Below are positions 59,301 to 64,000 of a DNA stretch of 64,000 nt, piece by piece. Below the pieces are notes generated by a model, which had not been told where the DNA came from, made no database searches, and saw nothing but the letters and a program-made list of their open reading frames with translations. The first letter of the stretch is position 1. Each line of letters opens with the position of its first letter. Source of the DNA: Anaeramoeba ignava BMAN (Eukaryota > Protista > Anaeramoebae); NCBI GenBank assembly GCA_028826165.1, contig JAPDFW010000129.1, forward strand, positions 62,001 through 126,000, in the 5' to 3' direction. The position numbers and the translations under genes are program-made.

Positions 59301-60809
59301 TGATTTTAATTTTGATTTTGATTTTGATTTTGATTTTGATTTTGATTTTGATTTTAATTTTAATTTTAATATTGATTTTGATTTTCAATTTTAATTTTGA
59401 TTTTGATTTTAATTTTGATTTTAATTTTAATTTTAATTTTAATTTTGATTTTGAATTTAATTTTGATTTTGATTTTGATTTTGATTTTGATTTTGATTTT
59501 GATTTTCAATTTGATTTTCAATTTGATTTTCAATTTGATTTTGATTTTGATTTTGATTTTGATTTTGATTTTGAATTTGATTTTAATTTTTGATTTTGAT
59601 TTTTAATTTTGATTTTGATTTTTAATTTTGATTTTGATTTTGATTTTGATTTTGATTTTGATTTTGATTTTGATTTTGGTTTTGATTTTGATTTTAATTT
59701 TGGTTTTAAATTTTGATTTTGATTTTTAATTTTGATTTTTAATTTTGATTTTGATTTTTAATTTTGATTTTGATTTTGATTTTGATTTTGATTTTGATTT
59801 TGATTTTGATTTTAATTTTGATTTTGATTTTGATTTTAATTTTGATTTTGGTTTTAAATTTTGATTTTAATTTTTGATTTTGATTTTTAATTTTGATTTT
59901 GATTTTTAATTTTGATTTTGATTTTGATTTTGATTTTGATTTTGATTTTGATTTTGATTTTGATTTTGATTTTGATTTTGATTTTGATTTTGATTTTGAT
60001 TTTCAATTTAATTTTGGTTTTGATTTTGATTTTGATTTTGATTTTGATTTTGATTTTGATTTTGATTTTGATTTTGATTTTGATTTTGATTTTGATTTTA
60101 ATTTTGATTTTAATTTTTTCAATACCTCTTCCAATTCCAATTGAAAATCCAACAACTGACATACAAAGTGCTTGATTTCCTGAACTACATATTTCATTTA
60201 ACATTGTCTAATTTTTATTTAAATAATCAATAAATAAATAATAAATCCATTTTTTTTGGAAATTAAATACTTTTGCAATTCCAATATTTCCTATTTAATT
60301 ATTTATTTAATTATTTATTATTAAAAGAAGAGAATAAATAAATAAATCAATAAAATAAATCAATAAATAAAAATACCATATAAAAGACCTGATAAACCTT
60401 TTGTTAGAAAAACCCACCAAATATTAAAAGTAAATCCAAATAAAAGGGTTGTAATAGATAAAGTAAGATTTCCAAATATCATAATTTTCCTTCTTCCAAT
60501 TTTATCAGAAAGAATTCCAAAAAAGAAAGCTTTTGATTTTGTTTTTAAAATTTGATAAAATAATCAATCCATCCAAAATTTTTTTTACTTTTTTAAAAAT
60601 AAATTATAATTATAAAATCAATAAATACAACTAAATATTTGACAAATATGATAAGTTGAGATCAATAAACCAGCTAAATAACCAACTTGCTTTTTGGAAT
60701 CTGTAACATGAAATGATTCAATTAAAAAGGGAATATAAGGACTTGTTTGAGTAAATCCAAGAGCATCAGTTACAACTGAAAATGCAATAACAAAAATTTG
60801 ATCCCACAT
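56343..60809 (-). CDS. MFS transporter, ZIFL/DHA1-like, about 9 exons with two ~1-kb hexamer-repeat introns
   Basis: Spliced: ...SPYIPFLI...VGYLAGLLISTYHICQIFS|SFFFGILSDKIGRRK (MFS motif A)...GNIGIAK|TMLNEI...GGPMLGG...YPYFLPN...SRIGGINGIGQTSSAFFRAFGPT|LAGSLFSWS. Confidence 0.88.
56750..57730. repeat. (GATTTT/AATTTT)n intron tract in MFS gene
   Basis: Direct. Confidence 0.92.
59045..60115. repeat. (GATTTT)n-rich intron tract in MFS gene
   Basis: Direct. Confidence 0.92.
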
Positions 60810-61049
60810 TTAAAAATCAATTTAAAAAAATAAATACAAAAAAAATTGAAATAAAAAAGAAAGAGAAATTATTTTTAATGTTTGAGTTTCTATTTAAAAT
60901 TTTGTTTATCAAAAAAAAAAATGAAAATTTTAATTTTTTTAATTTTAATTTTTTTTTTTTAAATTTGTTTTGAAAAGAAGAAGGAAAATAAAAAATTAAA
61001 CTTTTTTTTTTTAAAAAATGAACTTCATCAAGAAAAAAAAAGAGGAATT

Positions 61050-61439
61050 TTGAATTTTAATTTTAATTTTAATTTTTGATTTTGATTTTAATTTTAATTT
61101 TAATTTTAATTTTAATTTTAATTTTAATTTTGATTTTAATTTTAAATTTTAATTTTGATTTTAATTTTAATTTTAATTTTAATTTTAATTTTAATTTTAA
61201 TTTTAATTTTAATTTTAATTTTAATTTTAATTTTTAATTTTAATTTTAATTTTAATTTTAATTTTTAATTTTAATTTTAATTTTAATTTTAATTTTAATT
61301 TTAATTTTAATTTAATTTTTAATTTTTAATTTTTAATTTTTTGAATTTTTAATTTTAATTTTTAATTTTAATTTTAATTTTAATTTTAATTTTAATTTTA
61401 AATTTTAATTTTAATTTTAATTTTAATTTTAATTTTAAT
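61050..61439. repeat. (AATTTT)n tract
   Basis: Direct. Confidence 0.9.
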
Positions 61440-62555
61440 TTAATTTAATTTAATTTTTTGTCTCTTTAAATGTTGTTGCAGAGATTCTAATAAAATTTTT
61501 AGTTTATGAATTGGAAAATCATCATCTACATTCTCAATAATTGGGAAAGTGAGATTTCCTATGTTTTTTTTTTGAAGTAATTCTTTTAAGTTTTCCCAAG
61601 CTTGATGAAGTTGAAAAGGAAATAAACTTGGTTGAAATTCCAAAATAAGATTTTCTTTTGACATATCTGATAAATAAACCTCATAAGAATTTTGAGTTAG
61701 ATTTTCAAATAAAGCATGATAACATTTTTTTGCTTTATCAACTTCAATTTTACTTGGATAAATTCGTTGTTCTGATAAATTTTTTTTTATGCCTTTTGGA
61801 ACAACAATCAAAAGAGCCCAAATTGGAGGTGATTCAAAATTCTCTACGGGATCATTATAAGGAATAATTAATTGAAGTGCTGTATCTATTTTTTGGTCAT
61901 CGTGTTTACGGAATTGATCCTTTTTTTCAATTAATTTTTTAAGATCTTCTTTAAACGCTGTTTGAATTTTAGATTTCAAATCATAATGTTTTGCAATTTT
62001 ATCATCTCTTGGTTTAAAATTTGTATACATTTTTTCCTCAAGAAATGCTTGTGCATATTTCTTTTTTTCTATTGAATCTAAGCATTTGATCTCGTAAATT
62101 CTATGTTTAAGTATTTTCAGTTCTTCTTGATGAATTGGATCAATTTCTCCATTTGAATTTTCAAGTATTTTCAATTCGCTATCAGCTTTACTTGCAAAAT
62201 TCATAAAATTATAAAAAATTGTTGTATCAAAATTATCTTTAAAAGTTGTATATAAATTTTCTAAATCTTCTTTTGTTATCTTAGGGTTTGTGATATAATT
62301 TAAAAGGATCTCATTTGATATAATTTGCGGAATTTTTAAATTTTGATTTAAACCTAAAAGTTCATTTGCTTTTTCATAATCTTTTTTTGCTTTTTCTATT
62401 ATTAATAATCTTATATAACAACATGCTCTGTTGATATAAAAATCTGGAATGTTCGGTTTTCTTTCAATGGCTTTTGTTAGAAGTTTTTCTGCTTCAGAAA
62501 ATTTTCCTTTTTCAATCATTTCAGTTCCTTGCTTATAGTTTTGAAAATACGACAT
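61440..62555 (-). CDS. N-terminal TPR protein with unrecognised C-terminal domain (371 aa)
   Basis: GTEMIEKGKFSEAEKLLTKAIERKP...FYINRACCYIRL...AKKDYEKANEL is TPR-like. Confidence 0.75.
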   Translation of the reverse strand: MSYFQNYKQGTEMIEKGKFSEAEKLLTKAIERKPNIPDFYINRACCYIRLLIIEKAKKDYEKANELLGLNQNLKIPQIISNEILLNYITNPKITKEDLENLYTTFKDNFDTTIFYNFMNFASKADSELKILENSNGEIDPIHQEELKILKHRIYEIKCLDSIEKKKYAQAFLEEKMYTNFKPRDDKIAKHYDLKSKIQTAFKEDLKKLIEKKDQFRKHDDQKIDTALQLIIPYNDPVENFESPPIWALLIVVPKGIKKNLSEQRIYPSKIEVDKAKKCYHALFENLTQNSYEVYLSDMSKENLILEFQPSLFPFQLHQAWENLKELLQKKNIGNLTFPIIENVDDDFPIHKLKILLESLQQHLKRQKIKLN

Positions 62556-62664
62556 TTTTTTATTTATTTAAAAAAGAAAAAAAATGAAAAAAATGAAATT
62601 TTTTTTTTCCTCTTTTTTCTTTTTTTTTTTTTTTTAAATCAGACAATTTTTTTTCCTCTTTTTA

Positions 62665-62922
62665 TTTAAATGAAAAAGAAAAGAAAAACAATATAAATTT
62701 CCAAAATTAATATTAATAATGAGAAGTGAATTATATCGAGGAATGTTTTTATCTGTAACAAATGATAAAACTTCAAATAAAGTTACAGATTATAGTGAAT
62801 TAAGTAATAAATCATTCCAAATATTTGAATATTGGATTTATTCAAATCAAATTAAAGAAGAAATTCAAATTACACAAGAAATCATTAATGAAATTCAAAT
62901 TGGAATTAAAATTAAAAATTAA
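62665..62922 (+). pseudogene. Orphan 3' fragment of an RCC1-BTB-BTB gene (second BTB only)
   Basis: KQYKFPKLILIMRSELYRGMFLSVTND...EIQIG with no upstream RCC1 or first BTB. Confidence 0.85.
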
Positions 62923-63032
62923 AATTAAAATTAAAATTAAAATTAAAATTAAAATTAAAATCAAAATTAAAATTAAAATTAAAATCAAAATCAAAAATTA
63001 AAATCATTTTTTTCATTTTTTTCTTTTTAAAA

Positions 63033-64000
63033 ATGAATGAAATTATATTTTTTGGTAAAAATGAATATCCAAAACTTATCAAAAATGAACCAAATAAAAT
63101 AACAAAACCAATTCAATTTAAATTTGAAAATGAAAATGAAAATGAAAATGAAAATGAAAACGAAAATGAAAAACAAATTAAACAAATTTCATCAAGTTTC
63201 TTTTCAACAATTTTCCTTTTTAAAAATGGAAAAGCAATAGAATATTTAAGTGAAAATGATTTAAATCAAAATCCTGAAAAAATACAAATTGAAGAAAATA
63301 TTCAAAAAGTAGCTGTTGGTGTTCAAAATGAAGCTATTTTAACAAAAGAAGGAAATGTATTTGCCAAAGGAATGAAGATGAATCCAAAAAATCCAAATAA
63401 ATTTATCAATATTTCATCATTAATTGAAGATCCAAATGATAGAATAATTCAAGATATTGTTTCTTCTGAAAGTTTGATTTACTTATTAACTTCAAATCAA
63501 AATGCTTATGGAATTGGTGGTAATCAATATGGTCAACTTGGTTTTGATTCTAAAACACTTCCAAAAACAGAAAAACCAATTTTAATGATGAAAAATGTTT
63601 CTAAAATATTTTCAGGAAATGATTCAGGACATGCTTTTCTTTTAAATTCAAATCAAGAATTATTTGGATGTGGCGATAATAGTTCTAGTCAACTTGGATT
63701 AGGAGAATCAAGAAAAGAAGAAATAAAAATCCAAAAATTAACCAAAATTCAAAATATTCCAAAAGGCAAAATAATTGATATTAAATGTGGAAGTATTCAT
63801 TCAGTAATGTTGATTGAAAATGAAAATGAAGATGAAAATGAAAATCCAAAAAGAAAACTTTATTCATGTGGAAATTACCAATATAACGGACTTGATGTAG
63901 ATAATTACGAATTTATTGAAATCAAATCATTTTTATTTGAAAATGATAATATTCTTGATTTTTCTGTTGGAAATACTCATACTTTAATTTTAACATCAAA
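63033..64000 (+). CDS. RCC1-BTB family copy I, 5' part (runs off the window)
   Basis: ATG 63033 MNEIIFFGKNEYPKLIKN...VAVGVQNEA...GGNQYGQLG...CGSIHSVML; absent from the ORF track because there is no stop inside the window. Confidence 0.88.
   Translation, partial: MNEIIFFGKNEYPKLIKNEPNKITKPIQFKFENENENENENENENEKQIKQISSSFFSTIFLFKNGKAIEYLSENDLNQNPEKIQIEENIQKVAVGVQNEAILTKEGNVFAKGMKMNPKNPNKFINISSLIEDPNDRIIQDIVSSESLIYLLTSNQNAYGIGGNQYGQLGFDSKTLPKTEKPILMMKNVSKIFSGNDSGHAFLLNSNQELFGCGDNSSSQLGLGESRKEEIKIQKLTKIQNIPKGKIIDIKCGSIHSVMLIENENEDENENPKRKLYSCGNYQYNGLDVDNYEFIEIKSFLFENDNILDFSVGNTHTLILTS

Noticed and set aside
56061-60204. Poly-IL / poly-DF / poly-IK ORFs in the track (also 19461-19778, 35352-35564, 39571-39870, 48626-48868)
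   Set aside because: Stop-free frames of hexamer or 12-mer microsatellites in introns and spacers; not genes.
1-64000. Inteins / Hint domains, tRNA, rRNA, telomeric repeats, classical transposases
   Set aside because: No C-start...HN-C/S/T intein block, LAGLIDADG, RT or DDE motif, or structured RNA gene was recognisable by eye; covariance-model searches were not possible.

Overview
Extremely AT-rich, gene-dense eukaryotic (protist) genomic DNA with GT-AG spliceosomal introns, many of them inflated by tandem repeats. The massive BTB-protein expansion, EN/QN hexamer tracts and TCA-type motifs just upstream of start codons suggest an anaerobic metamonad such as Anaeramoeba (inference, not proven). 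The dominant structure (6.6-39.5 kb, resuming at 62.7 kb) is a cluster of putative Cullin-3 substrate adaptors: 4 BTB-BACK-TLDc genes, 1 long ankyrin-BTB-BTB gene and 9 RCC1-BTB-BTB paralogues plus fragments. The RCC1 genes have near-invariant BTB halves but hypervariable, mosaic propeller loops. Some carry a polybasic-CaaX tail bracketed by a direct repeat. Embedded in the array are a Crinkler/RHS-like NTPase+restriction-endonuclease-fold gene (sitting where the next RCC1 gene has lost its ATG), a bacterial-type PARG and a YbaK-like editing protein. Other genes reconstructed by hand: a TPR-pseudokinase running off the left edge, a REEP/Yop1 gene with consecutive 3-, 3- and 4-nt micro-exons, Rab1-like GTPase, an ABCC transporter with both ATPase sites degenerate, KAR/HSD17B12, an AMPK-related (BRSK/MARK-like) kinase, a divergent Mia40-like protein, a ZIFL-like MFS transporter and a TPR protein. 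Many single-base frameshifts in homopolymers are probably long-read assembly errors. No rRNA, tRNA, CRISPR, intein or recognisable classical transposon was found.
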